A DNA stretch of 64,000 bases, from contig JAPLYT010000006.1 of the NCBI GenBank assembly GCA_026395435.1, forward strand, positions 31,587 to 95,586, read 5' to 3'. A program made the position numbers and the translations under genes. The notes beneath the pieces are model-generated. The model was not told the DNA's origin, made no database searches, and saw only the letters and a list, made by a program, of their open reading frames with translations. Source of the stretch: Candidatus Saccharimonadota bacterium. Lineage in GTDB: Bacteria > Patescibacteriota > Saccharimonadia > Saccharimonadales > AWTP1-31. The stretch's first letter is position 1. The number at the start of each line of letters is the position of its first letter. Positions 8,750-20,058 of this stretch are shown one piece after another.

Positions 8750-9727
8750 GTGTCTAAGAGGTTACGACTGTTCGGAGTATGGGGAGCGTTATGCCTGATC
8801 GCTGTTGCGAGCATTGGTTTAGAGCGCGTTCACGCGGCCGATCCGCCTCCAACACAAGGCATTCAGATTTCGCCTGTCCTTATCGACCTCAATACTGAAA
8901 AAAGCAATTCCTATAGTCTCAAAATTACGGTTACCAACGTCACAGCTGGTGATCTTGCTCTCAAGCAAGTCGTGAATGATTTCCGAGCCAAAGATGACAG
9001 TGGAAACCCCGAAGTCATCCTGGATAATTCTGAGCCATCGAACGGATTTTCTTTTAAAAACTGGGTTAGCTTACCTCCGAGTATTGTGCTCAAGTCGAAA
9101 GAAAGTCGTGTTATCAATGCGACGGTCAATGTCCCCAATGATGCCGAGGCGGGTGGTCACTATGGCGTGATTCGTTTTAGTGGTGTAGCACCAGGCGAAG
9201 AGAATGCCAACGTCTCGATTGCCGCCAGCGTAGGTGTGCTTGTGCTCGCCAGAGTGAATGGCACCATATCTGAAAGTCTTAAGCTTAAAGATTTCTATGC
9301 AGAACATAACGGCAAAAAAACAAGCCTCCTTCAGAATGGGCCACTTCAAATTGTTGAGCGCGTCGAAAACAACGGCAATGTCCACGTCAAGCCAAAAGGA
9401 ACAATCACGGTAAAAAATATGTTTGGTAGCACCGTCTTGACGACGCCCATAAGTGACCCCGCCAAAAATATCCTCCCCAATAGTAATCGGAAATTTAGCC
9501 AAGAAATCAAACAAAAATGGATGTTCGGGCGCTACACTGCCCGCCTCGATGCCACCTACGGCTATGGCAACAAAGTACTCAGCGGATCGTTTTCATACTG
9601 GGTCATACCGTACAAATTGATTCTCATCGTACTGCTTGTGCTCGCCGTATGTATCGTCGGACTGCGGTTCGGCCTCAAACGATACAACGAGAAAATCATC
9701 AACAAAGCGATGAATCGAAGACGGTAG
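8750..9727 (+). CDS. DUF916/DUF3324-like cell-surface protein, paralog 2
   Basis: GTG start with SD GAGAGG 7 nt upstream, then a signal peptide. IQISPVLIDL...ITVTNVT...NWVSLPPSIVLKSKESRVINATVNVPNDAEAGGHYGVIRF matches the DUF916 pattern. C-terminal TM plus basic tail. Confidence 0.6.
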   Translation: MSKRLRLFGVWGALCLIAVASIGLERVHAADPPPTQGIQISPVLIDLNTEKSNSYSLKITVTNVTAGDLALKQVVNDFRAKDDSGNPEVILDNSEPSNGFSFKNWVSLPPSIVLKSKESRVINATVNVPNDAEAGGHYGVIRFSGVAPGEENANVSIAASVGVLVLARVNGTISESLKLKDFYAEHNGKKTSLLQNGPLQIVERVENNGNVHVKPKGTITVKNMFGSTVLTTPISDPAKNILPNSNRKFSQEIKQKWMFGRYTARLDATYGYGNKVLSGSFSYWVIPYKLILIVLLVLAVCIVGLRFGLKRYNEKIINKAMNRRR

Positions 9728-9733
9728 CAATCC

Positions 9734-10420
9734 GTGAAAAACATACGAACTTTTCTGGGCAGTATCCGTGACGTGTCAATCATTGTACTCTTAATTTTCG
9801 CCGTAACTCCTTTAGTTGCGTATGCAGCAACACAGACAGTCACACGTTCGGTCACGGTCACGGCCACGGTGCCTGGGCCGCCACCAACCACCCCGGCAGT
9901 CATTACTTCACCTTCCGGTAACATTACGGTGGGTGTGACACCGATCGTGGTATCGGGAACTTGTGGCCCTGGGCTAGAAGTTCGACTGACCAATAATGGT
10001 GCCCTCATTGGTACCACCACCTGCGCACTGGATGGAACATTCACGATCAATATCTCTCTCGCTGAGGGTACCAATAATCTTGCGGTTCTCAACTTTGACA
10101 CACTTAATCAGGCCGGACCGGCATCAGCAGTAATTGCGGTTTTTGTACAATTTTCGACTCCTGCCAGCCCCGCAAACAGCACCCGCCCTGTCGGATCAAG
10201 CCCGACACCGATTCCACCTGATCAAGTACCCATACCTCCAAAGCCTGTTACCGCTGGACCAACTAATCCAATCGTGCGTAAAATCGATGCGATAGGATCA
10301 CTCGTGCATCCAGAATTACTATTATTTTTCATTGATATTCTACTGTATCTTTTGTTGGCTGATGTATTGTTCAATCGACAGAGAATCATCCAAGCCATAA
10401 GCCGCAAAAAACGCCCCTAG
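9734..10420 (+). CDS. 228-aa surface protein (signal peptide, Ig-like domain, Pro-rich stalk, C-terminal TM)
   Basis: ORF-track ORF with GTG start, last gene of the same-strand surface cluster. The antisense ORF 9562..10101 is judged spurious. Confidence 0.5.
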   Translation: MKNIRTFLGSIRDVSIIVLLIFAVTPLVAYAATQTVTRSVTVTATVPGPPPTTPAVITSPSGNITVGVTPIVVSGTCGPGLEVRLTNNGALIGTTTCALDGTFTINISLAEGTNNLAVLNFDTLNQAGPASAVIAVFVQFSTPASPANSTRPVGSSPTPIPPDQVPIPPKPVTAGPTNPIVRKIDAIGSLVHPELLLFFIDILLYLLLADVLFNRQRIIQAISRKKRP

Positions 10421-10501
10421 CACAATATAAGTAGACCTATCTTGCTGTACAATAGCGTCTCCCAAAGTTAGTTTTGTAGCCAGGCTTTGCTATACTAGTG
10501 A

Positions 10502-12392
<1,891 letters not shown>

Positions 12393-12444
12393 ACACTACG
12401 TATAGTAGCAATCATAATTACACTACACTGTGATTAAAGTCACA

Positions 12445-12960
12445 TTATTTCCAGCGAAGCAAAGCGGCGTTATCGATCTTTTCCTCAAAATCTGCATCGG
12501 GGTCAACATGGCTGCGGAGTGCTCGGCCAATAGCGCCATGAGCTACAACTACAATGTGATCGGAGGCGTGGTTTTGGATTTGCGTATATGCGTCCAATGC
12601 TCGAGCAATAAGTTGCTCATCATGCTCCATGCCCACAGGATTCAATGCCAGTAACTTCGCCTTGTCAGGGACATGAGGTTGCCCTTCGAGTTCTCCGAAT
12701 TCACGTTCTCTAAGTTCAGGGATAATAATAATCTTTTCTTCTGGGTAGCCAACTTCTTGGGCAAACAGTTTAGCGGTGTGATGCGCTCGTAATTGAGGAG
12801 AACTGAAAATTACATCGATTGGTGTGCCTTTGGCCTTTCTACCAGCCTGTTTTGCCTGTTCGATGCCCTCTGGAGCAAGCGGTGTCTCGAGTGAGCCGGC
12901 AAATACGCCTTTTTTGTTGGCTTCACTCAATCCATGTCGTAAATAATGTAAACTTTTCAT
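12445..12960 (-). CDS. histidine phosphatase family protein (phosphoglycerate-mutase-like)
   Basis: The N-terminal LRHGLSEAN (RHG motif) and the internal HGAIGRAL motif are typical of the family. Confidence 0.75.
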   Translation of the reverse strand: MKSLHYLRHGLSEANKKGVFAGSLETPLAPEGIEQAKQAGRKAKGTPIDVIFSSPQLRAHHTAKLFAQEVGYPEEKIIIIPELREREFGELEGQPHVPDKAKLLALNPVGMEHDEQLIARALDAYTQIQNHASDHIVVVAHGAIGRALRSHVDPDADFEEKIDNAALLRWK

Positions 12961-13520
12961 TATTGTTGGTCTTCAAGCTGGTTTAATATCCGCCGTTCTC
13001 GCATGCGAGTAAAAAGGATTTTGTCGTACCAATAGTCGGCACCTTTGGGCTTGACCATCACGGTAAACATTCCGGCCACATTTCCACCATACACATCGCC
13101 TCGTAATTTGTCGCCGATCATAACGGTTTCTGATGCTTTGGCGCCGAGAGTCGTTAGTATTCGTCCGTAAAATCGTTCACTTGGTTTCCGGATCAGATGC
13201 AGGCCTACCCAGAACGGTTGGAATAGATTCGCGTCGAGCGGCTTGCTGTACGCTCTAAGATTGAGCATATTATTGCTTGCTATGCTGAGGCTCAAAAATC
13301 CGTGTTTTTTGAATTGAGTGGTCAAAAACGTTTTGATTTCAGGCTCAAGACGCCTGGTCATTTTTTTACGAATGGTTAGATCGAGATCGACCAGTACATG
13401 TTTGATGCCCATGTCTTTGATTGTTTTGAAATCAACATCAAAAATATTTTTGGCGGTAAAATCAGGCATAAATAAAGGTCGTTTTGATTTCGGGAGGCTA
13501 AGGCTACGGCTTTTTTGCAT
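12960..13520 (-). CDS. HAD-IIIA phosphatase, YqeG-like
   Basis: DLDLT motif I, SNN, GDKLRGDVYGG, and a C-terminal ...RERRILNQL as in YqeG-type proteins. Start/stop overlap with 12445..12960. Confidence 0.7.
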   Translation of the reverse strand: MQKSRSLSLPKSKRPLFMPDFTAKNIFDVDFKTIKDMGIKHVLVDLDLTIRKKMTRRLEPEIKTFLTTQFKKHGFLSLSIASNNMLNLRAYSKPLDANLFQPFWVGLHLIRKPSERFYGRILTTLGAKASETVMIGDKLRGDVYGGNVAGMFTVMVKPKGADYWYDKILFTRMRERRILNQLEDQQ

Positions 13521-13612
13521 TAGCTATTAGTATAGAGGTATAGGCCAAAAGTATAAAGAAATTTAACTGATGCCGAGAATATGTGACTCAGAGCCTGTGA
13601 TAGAATACGTAT

Positions 13613-14215
13613 ATGGTTAAAAAATCCTATACGTTAGAAAAAACATTCGCTTACATTTTAGTCGTCGGCGGAATTATCGGATTCATCGCAGCGTTTATTC
13701 TGACGGTTGATAAATTCAATCTTCTCAAAGACCCCTCAATCGACTTAAACTGCAATATCAACCCGATTCTCAGTTGTGGTTCAGTCATGAAAACTGCTGA
13801 GGCATCGACCTTTGGGTTCGCTAATTCCCTGCTTGGGATTATGGGTTTTGCGGTCGTTACAACTATCGGCATGGCGATGCTCGCCGGCGCCACTTTTAAA
13901 CGATGGTTCTGGCGTGGCCTCCAGGTAGGAACGATTTTTGGAATCGGATTCGTCCACTATCTTATTTTCAAAAGCATCTTCCATATAGGTGCGCTGTGTC
14001 CATATTGCATGGTCGTCTGGACAGTCATGATTCCGATATTTATCTACACCACCATTTATAACATCCGGATGGGGCACATCCCCGTGCATGCACGTTTGAA
14101 AAAGGTGATGGCATTTGTTGAGCGACATCATGGTGATGTTATCGTCTTCTGGTACGCCATAATAATCGCAATAATAATCAATCAGTTCTGGTACTACTGG
14201 AAAACACTTTTTTAA
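13613..14215 (+). CDS. vitamin K epoxide reductase (VKOR) family membrane protein
   Basis: Four to five TM segments, a loop Cys pair (CNINPILSC) and the CPYC redox motif. Confidence 0.7.
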   Translation: MVKKSYTLEKTFAYILVVGGIIGFIAAFILTVDKFNLLKDPSIDLNCNINPILSCGSVMKTAEASTFGFANSLLGIMGFAVVTTIGMAMLAGATFKRWFWRGLQVGTIFGIGFVHYLIFKSIFHIGALCPYCMVVWTVMIPIFIYTTIYNIRMGHIPVHARLKKVMAFVERHHGDVIVFWYAIIIAIIINQFWYYWKTLF

Positions 14216-14360
14216 AACCGCGTTGACTGAAAATTTTGAGCTTATTGTCGCAATTCGCACTCGCCGTACCTTTAGTACGACTCGCTGACAAATTACGCCA
14301 CTTCACCCAAACTTTCCTAACCAACCCGATTTTAGTTTTTTAATTTAGACTCTTGCAGTG

Positions 14361-14431
14361 GTGTTTGTTGTGGGGTTCGAGGCAATCCGCAGGCGAAGCC
14401 GAGGACACGCGGAGAAGCTTACAACAAACAC
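14361..14431 (+). repeat. intergenic element A, copy 1: 11-bp perfect outer stem enclosing a conserved ~49-nt core
   Basis: GTGTTTGTTGT (14361..14371) pairs with ACAACAAACAC (14421..14431). The core ggggttcgaggcaatccgcaggcgaagccgaggacacgcggagaagc is ~85% identical to copy 2. Confidence 0.8.
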
Positions 14432-14512
14432 TTGCCAGTAACTATTAAGGAAAATGTAATTTGAAAAAAGATTGTGCTAATGCATATGTTTAGGATATAA
14501 TTAAATTCTAGA

Positions 14513-15304
14513 ATGATTACACATAATCGCGCTAGCGTCTTAGAAACCCAACCACCGCAAGGTGGTATTTTTTTAGGTCTTGAAGCGTATGAATGGTCTA
14601 GAGTGCCTGCTGCTTTAAAGGCTTTGTCAATGCGGTTTTATGATTATCATGATGATCTCATGCCCCATGGAACAGTGATCTTGGACCAAGTTAGATATGA
14701 TACTGAACAGCAATGTGAACAAATTCGAACGCTTGGTAGGACTGGTGTGAGGACGGTTTGTTTTTCTGCAGAAAAGCATATTGAAGACGAAGAACTGAGG
14801 ACGGACGGGAATAATGACAAGTTCCATGGGACCGGTATTTTCGGTTGGCAAGTTGTGGACGCTGGGGAATCAGAACGAACGGTATTGCAAATAGAGACCA
14901 GAGGATCGGCCTTGCATTCTGTGCGGAAGGCACGGTTTGGTTTTGGTGGTCAGCTGTTGGGCTACGAGAATGTCGATGAGCTTGAAATTTATGAAGCGTC
15001 AATTTTTTTTGATGGTCTGATACAAAGTCAACCATTTTTAGAAAAGGTTGCAGCTCTCAGGGAGAAAAGGGCAAGTGCTATCGATAATTGGTGTACGCTC
15101 ATTAAAAATCAGCACACAATGCCTCGCCACACTTTTATGATAGAGGAAGAAAAAGCCCGCTTGCTCGTCAGCAAACAGGCGTTGCCAGAAACCGGCTTTT
15201 ACAATTTTAAAACTGTGCAACAACCAATTAGTTATGAACAGCAACTTGCATTAATCCAAGAAAGGATTGATCGCCACGCTGCGCGGTTAGCATCCAAAGA
15301 TTAA
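14513..15304 (+). CDS. hypothetical protein (263 aa) flanked by element A copies
   Basis: ORF-track ORF with no motif I recognise. Bounded upstream and downstream by A1 and A2. Confidence 0.5.
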   Translation: MITHNRASVLETQPPQGGIFLGLEAYEWSRVPAALKALSMRFYDYHDDLMPHGTVILDQVRYDTEQQCEQIRTLGRTGVRTVCFSAEKHIEDEELRTDGNNDKFHGTGIFGWQVVDAGESERTVLQIETRGSALHSVRKARFGFGGQLLGYENVDELEIYEASIFFDGLIQSQPFLEKVAALREKRASAIDNWCTLIKNQHTMPRHTFMIEEEKARLLVSKQALPETGFYNFKTVQQPISYEQQLALIQERIDRHAARLASKD

Positions 15305-15349
15305 ACCGGTGTCATTTTTAATGAGACTAGCAACTGGAATAACGATCGT

Positions 15350-15422
15350 AGGGTCAATTGTGGAGTTCGAGGCACTCCGCAGGCGTAGCCGAGGACCAGC
15401 CGAGAAGGCAACGATTAACCCT
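15350..15422 (+). repeat. intergenic element A, copy 2: different 12-bp outer stem, same core
   Basis: AGGGTCAATTGT (15350..15361) pairs with ACGATTAACCCT (15411..15422): 10 WC pairs, 1 GU, 1 mismatch. Core ggagttcgaggcactccgcaggcgtagccgaggaccagccgagaaggc. Confidence 0.8.
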
Positions 15423-15434
15423 TACATAAACGAG

Positions 15435-15472
15435 AGGTTTCTCCTCTAACGGATGAGGAAAATGTGAATTAG
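15435..15472 (+). repeat. 38-nt 'tail' motif, copy 1 (aggtttctcctctaacggatgaggaaaatgtgaattag)
   Basis: 32/38 identical to 29069..29106. A weaker relative lies after A1 (14441..14463). Confidence 0.7.
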
Positions 15473-15497
15473 TTATTTTGGCCATAATGGCGAGTCG

Positions 15498-16433
15498 ATG
15501 GGTGGTATCATAAGAGGCATGAAGGTGGATGTACGACCAGGTAAATATGTAGTGGCTGTTTCGGGCGGCGTGGATTCGGTCGCGCTCCTACACCTACTGG
15601 TGAATCAGCCGCACACTGAAAAAGATCAAAAACGTAGCTTTGTGGTGGCACATTTTGATCACGGCATTCGCGATGATTCAGCCTATGATCGACAATTAGT
15701 CCAGTCACTCGCAAAACAATACAAACTACCTTTCGTCTATGAGCAAGGAAATTTAGGCATTGGCGCGAGTGAAAATACGGCACGGATCGCTCGGTATAAT
15801 TTCTTGGAAAAAGTGAAGCAGGCTAGTAATGCCGATGCCATCGTCACCGCTCATCACGAAGACGACCTACTGGAGACGGCCATCCTCAATTTGCTCAGAG
15901 GCACGGGTAGGAAAGGGATGAGCTCACTCGGCGACCATCCGCATTTGCGTCGTCCGCTATTGCATGTCTCTAAAGCAGATATCCAAGCCTACGCTAAAGA
16001 ACAAGGATTGGTCTGGCACGAAGATTCCACCAATGCAGACACCAACTTGAAACGTAATTACGTTCGCAAAGTCTTGGTGCCGGGTTTGGGTGTGAATGGT
16101 CGCAAGACACTCCTCGATATCGTCCGTCACCTAAAGGTCGTGAATGCGTCGCTCGACGAAAACATCGCGCTGTATTTACATACCCAACCGTCCCGCCAGT
16201 CATTGAATAGGCATGCGTTTATTCAGCTTCCGCATGCTGTCGCACTTGAGGTCATGGCCAGCTGGCTCAGATCGCATGGGATAACTGAATTTGACAGCAA
16301 ACTTCTTGAGTCGCTGGTGGTTAAAGTGAAGACACTCCAACCCGGTAAATCGGTGGATGTTGACGCCAAGCATCGTATGCATATGGGTCAGGACAGCGTA
16401 GTTCTGGTTCATAAAGCCGTAATATCGAAGTAA
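15498..16433 (+). CDS. tilS: tRNA(Ile)-lysidine synthase
   Basis: PP-loop motif VAVSGGVDSVALLHLL, and HFDHGIR, TAHHEDD. The alternative start at 15519 cannot be excluded. Confidence 0.85.
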   Translation: MGGIIRGMKVDVRPGKYVVAVSGGVDSVALLHLLVNQPHTEKDQKRSFVVAHFDHGIRDDSAYDRQLVQSLAKQYKLPFVYEQGNLGIGASENTARIARYNFLEKVKQASNADAIVTAHHEDDLLETAILNLLRGTGRKGMSSLGDHPHLRRPLLHVSKADIQAYAKEQGLVWHEDSTNADTNLKRNYVRKVLVPGLGVNGRKTLLDIVRHLKVVNASLDENIALYLHTQPSRQSLNRHAFIQLPHAVALEVMASWLRSHGITEFDSKLLESLVVKVKTLQPGKSVDVDAKHRMHMGQDSVVLVHKAVISK

Positions 16434-16487
16434 AATTGACTTTTATACCTGAAAAAAGCACGAATCTACCGTATAATAGGGAGACGT

Positions 16488-18347
16488 ATGGATAATAAAC
16501 CTTTCAAATCAAGTCAGAAACCCGGTGGAAATAAACGTGCAGGAATGAAGAACGCGGGATTCATCGCTCTTTTAGTGTTGTTTGGCCTTGTCATTTTTGC
16601 CTCAGTTCGGCAGCCCGATTCACTCAAAAGTGTTCCGTTCTCAGATGTCATAACTCGAGCCAATAAAGGTGAAATCAAAAAGATAACCATCAAAGGCAAC
16701 AACCTTACGGTTACGCCAAAAGATGCAGACAAACCGACCGAAAAATCGTATAAAGAAGCTGGCTCCAGCATCTATGAGCAAGGTCTTACCAATCGAACGG
16801 TCGAAGTCGACCCGCAGGCAGAATCAAATGGCAGTAGTTTTTGGTTGAGCCTCGCAAGCGGCGTTATACCCGTCATTCTCATTAGTGCCGTTTTGTTCTT
16901 CATGCTTCGCAGCGCCCAAGGTCAGGGCAACCAAGCAATGAGCTTCGGTAAGAGCAAGGCTCGTTTGTACGGCAACGAGAAAGACAAAGTCACCTTCAAA
17001 GATATTGCTGGAAGCGAAGAAGCCAAAGTCGACCTCCAGGAAGTCGTTGAATTCTTGAAATTCCCTAAGAAGTTTGAATCTGTTGGTGCCAAAATTCCTA
17101 AGGGAGTTTTGCTCGTCGGTCCTCCGGGAACCGGTAAAACTATGTTGGCCCGTGCGGTAGCCGGAGAAGCCGACACTCCGTTCTTCAGTATTTCGGGTTC
17201 TGAATTCGTCGAAATGTTCGTGGGTGTTGGTGCCAGCCGTGTCCGTGATCTTTTCGCCAAAGCTAAAAAGAATGCACCATGCATCATCTTTATCGATGAA
17301 ATTGATGCTGTCGGTCGCAAGCGTGGAAGTGGCATGGGTGGTGGCCACGACGAACGAGAGCAAACGCTCAACCAAATCTTGGTCGAAATGGATGGATTTG
17401 AACAAGGTACAAACGTGATTGTCCTGGCTGCTACCAACCGTTCAGACGTGCTCGACTCTGCACTTCTCCGACCAGGACGTTTCGACCGTCGTGTTAATAT
17501 CGACCTTCCTGACCGTAAAGATCGAGAAGCAATCCTCAAGATTCATTTCAAAAAGAAACCACTCGCCAAAGGTGTTGACCTTGATGCTCTGGCTGCAAAA
17601 TCAGCCGGATCTTCTGGTGCAGACCTAGCTAACATTGCCAACGAGTCGGCCATCATTGCTGCCCGCAACAGTCGTAAAGAAATTACGTCTGGCGATGTTA
17701 CATCGGCCTTCGAAAAAGTTGCCATTGGCCCAGAGCGAAAAACCAAAGTGATGAGCGAGCACGACAAAGAAATGACTGCCTACCACGAAGCCGGTCATGC
17801 CATTGTCGGCCATGTCATGCCTCATAGTGATATGGTCCACAAAGTCACTATCATCCCTCGTGGTGGTACTGGTGGTGTAACGTGGTTCATTCCACCAGAA
17901 GATAAGAGCTACCACTCGATTGTTGAATACAAAGATATCCTGGCTCGTATGCTTGGTGGTCGTATTGCCGAAGAAGTCGTCTATGGTCGTGATCATGTCA
18001 CAACTGGTGCAGGATCTGATCTCCAAAAGGCAGCAGAATTGGCACGTGATATGATCATCAATCAAGGAATGGGCAACAAACTCCAAGACCAAGTCTTCCA
18101 TATCGACGAAGGTATGATGATGGAGCGGATGATGCACGAGAAACAATATTCTGATGAAACAGCTAAGGTTATCGACGACGAGGTCGAAGCACTCATCACT
18201 GAAGCCGCTACCCGGGCACGTGCTGTCATCAAAGCCAATAAAAAATCACTCGATGCACTCAAAGATCTTTTGATCGAAAAAGAAACCGTTGAGGCCGATG
18301 AAGTCCTCAAGGTCCTCAAAGACGCAACGTTGCCTACTACCGTTTAG
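16488..18347 (+). CDS. ftsH: ATP-dependent zinc metalloprotease FtsH
   Basis: Two TM segments, Walker [17 protein letters not shown] region, HEAGH zinc motif. Confidence 0.95.
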   Translation: MDNKPFKSSQKPGGNKRAGMKNAGFIALLVLFGLVIFASVRQPDSLKSVPFSDVITRANKGEIKKITIKGNNLTVTPKDADKPTEKSYKEAGSSIYEQGLTNRTVEVDPQAESNGSSFWLSLASGVIPVILISAVLFFMLRSAQGQGNQAMSFGKSKARLYGNEKDKVTFKDIAGSEEAKVDLQEVVEFLKFPKKFESVGAKIPKGVLLVGPPGTGKTMLARAVAGEADTPFFSISGSEFVEMFVGVGASRVRDLFAKAKKNAPCIIFIDEIDAVGRKRGSGMGGGHDEREQTLNQILVEMDGFEQGTNVIVLAATNRSDVLDSALLRPGRFDRRVNIDLPDRKDREAILKIHFKKKPLAKGVDLDALAAKSAGSSGADLANIANESAIIAARNSRKEITSGDVTSAFEKVAIGPERKTKVMSEHDKEMTAYHEAGHAIVGHVMPHSDMVHKVTIIPRGGTGGVTWFIPPEDKSYHSIVEYKDILARMLGGRIAEEVVYGRDHVTTGAGSDLQKAAELARDMIINQGMGNKLQDQVFHIDEGMMMERMMHEKQYSDETAKVIDDEVEALITEAATRARAVIKANKKSLDALKDLLIEKETVEADEVLKVLKDATLPTTV

Positions 18348-18413
18348 ACAGTCTCAATAAAGTGAAGATTCTACTGGCTACTGGGGCCCAGTCTGACTAT
18401 ACTAGTAAGCAGT

Positions 18414-20015
18414 ATGAATCGAATATTACGTCGCACCAATAAGCGTATTTCTGTCAGCGGCGCTGCCATACTCTTAGTGGTGACCTCCTTGATTGGCCAA
18501 GTCTTGGGTATTCTGCGAGTTAAGCTCATAAATGGTAACTTTAGCGCGCTTGGCCCGGGCAGTACTGACGCATTTTTTGCGGCATCCAAGATCCCTGATT
18601 TCTTTTTCTTCACCATAGCTGCCGGAGCTTTGGGCGTCGCCTTTATGCCGATTCTGGCCGATCACGTCCATAATCATGACAAAAAAGGAGTGTGGGAGCT
18701 TTCATCGAGCCTTCTCAACTTCTTGGCGATAATTATGTTCTTCGTGGGGGCTATTATCTTCGTTTTTGCAGAACCACTCATTCATTATGTGGTAGCCCCA
18801 AAGCTCGAACCGGCGCAATTACATAATGCCGTACTCATCATGCGATTTATCGCGTTCAACCCGCTATTGTTCACTATCTCTGGTATCCTCACCTCGGTGC
18901 AACAAACTTTCGGACGGTTCTTCTTCTATGCCATAGCACCGCTGGTTTATAACATTTCCATCATTGTCAGTATTTTTGTATTTCGTGGGAATCTCGGTTT
19001 GATTGGTCTGGGCGTTGGGGCACTTATTGGTGCCGTACTGCAACTGGTTATCGCATTTATTGGCAGTGGTGGGCTCAACTTCAAATACCACCGAACCATT
19101 GATTTCTCTACGCCAGACTTCAGGAAGATACTCAGGCAATTACCACCTCGTTCCATCGACCAAGGTATCATGTCTATCAACAGTATTGTCGATACCAATT
19201 TTGCCAGGCGGCTTGGCACAGGGAACATCAGCTTTTATGAAAACGCCTATACACTTCATACAGCTCCAACGTTACTCATTGGAACGGCAATTAGCTCGGC
19301 GGTTTTCCCAAGGTTTAACGAGAATGTCGCTAAGGGAAATATGGATGAGTTCCGAACTGATTTCTTACAGATACTACGAATCATAATCTGGATTGCAACG
19401 CCGGTGGTGGTGGTTTGCTTCTTCGGCCGTGGCTATTTGGCGCGTATGATATTCAGTCGTAATTCACCAGAGATTGCAGCCATATTTGGCTTTCTCACAG
19501 GCGCAATTTTCTTCCGTACTGTCTATACGATTGTATCGCGATATTTCTATGCCCAGAAAGATACCTGGACTCCACTCATCGATTCACTCTTTGCTATCGT
19601 GCTTAACATCTTCTTGGTATCTATGCTGGCAAGACCATCAAGCTATGGAATCACCGGCATTGCTTTGGCCGAATCTATTGTGGCAGGTTGCCAGTTATTT
19701 ATCCTAACCACCATTATGTTCTTTCGTGATCCGAGATTATTCAATCTCAAGTTTTTTGGCGGTTTGGGTCGTATATTGTCGATCACCGGATTTAGCATGA
19801 TGGCGGCTTTCATCATGGTGACTATTTTCCCACTCGGTATCAATGATACTGGTTTTATCACCTTAGGCTTCAAACTAGCCATTATTGCACTGGTCACGTT
19901 CGCCGTTCATCTGACCTTGTCGTCTCTCTTCGGGCTTGAAGAGGCAGAACCAATCGTCCGGAAACTCAAGTCAATCCGCGACGCATTGTTGCGCCCCGTC
20001 AGAATCGACATCTAG
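18414..20015 (+). CDS. murJ: lipid II flippase MurJ (MviN family)
   Basis: 533 aa and polytopic (~14 TM). The N-terminus (AAILLVVTSLIGQVLGILR...) and overall pattern fit MurJ. Confidence 0.8.
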   Translation: MNRILRRTNKRISVSGAAILLVVTSLIGQVLGILRVKLINGNFSALGPGSTDAFFAASKIPDFFFFTIAAGALGVAFMPILADHVHNHDKKGVWELSSSLLNFLAIIMFFVGAIIFVFAEPLIHYVVAPKLEPAQLHNAVLIMRFIAFNPLLFTISGILTSVQQTFGRFFFYAIAPLVYNISIIVSIFVFRGNLGLIGLGVGALIGAVLQLVIAFIGSGGLNFKYHRTIDFSTPDFRKILRQLPPRSIDQGIMSINSIVDTNFARRLGTGNISFYENAYTLHTAPTLLIGTAISSAVFPRFNENVAKGNMDEFRTDFLQILRIIIWIATPVVVVCFFGRGYLARMIFSRNSPEIAAIFGFLTGAIFFRTVYTIVSRYFYAQKDTWTPLIDSLFAIVLNIFLVSMLARPSSYGITGIALAESIVAGCQLFILTTIMFFRDPRLFNLKFFGGLGRILSITGFSMMAAFIMVTIFPLGINDTGFITLGFKLAIIALVTFAVHLTLSSLFGLEEAEPIVRKLKSIRDALLRPVRIDI

Positions 20016-20058
20016 CTCTCGGCTACCTGAAACCGCTCACCTCTGTTATAATAGGGTG

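Noticed and set aside
14372-14420. Element A core or element B units as genuine tRNA or tmRNA genes
   Set aside because: Only T-arm/acceptor-like pieces are present. I could not fold a D-arm, an anticodon arm or a complete acceptor stem, and there is no CCA context.
14447-15467. 'Start-stop' mini-ORFs in the tail of element A (AAGGAAA-ATG-TAA at 14454..14459; GAGGAAA-ATG-TGA at 15462..15467)
   Set aside because: The SD-to-ATG spacing is only ~2 nt, and the third tail copy (29069..29106) has no stop after the ATG. The pattern may be coincidental to a conserved AAATGT motif.
16824-17539. Long antisense ORFs (193 and 205 aa) inside ftsH, and similar ones inside lepA, dnaK, murJ and the giant gene
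   Set aside because: They lie fully within well-supported conserved genes on the opposite strand, have low-complexity Arg/Ser/Pro-rich translations, and show no start context. They are typical shadow ORFs.
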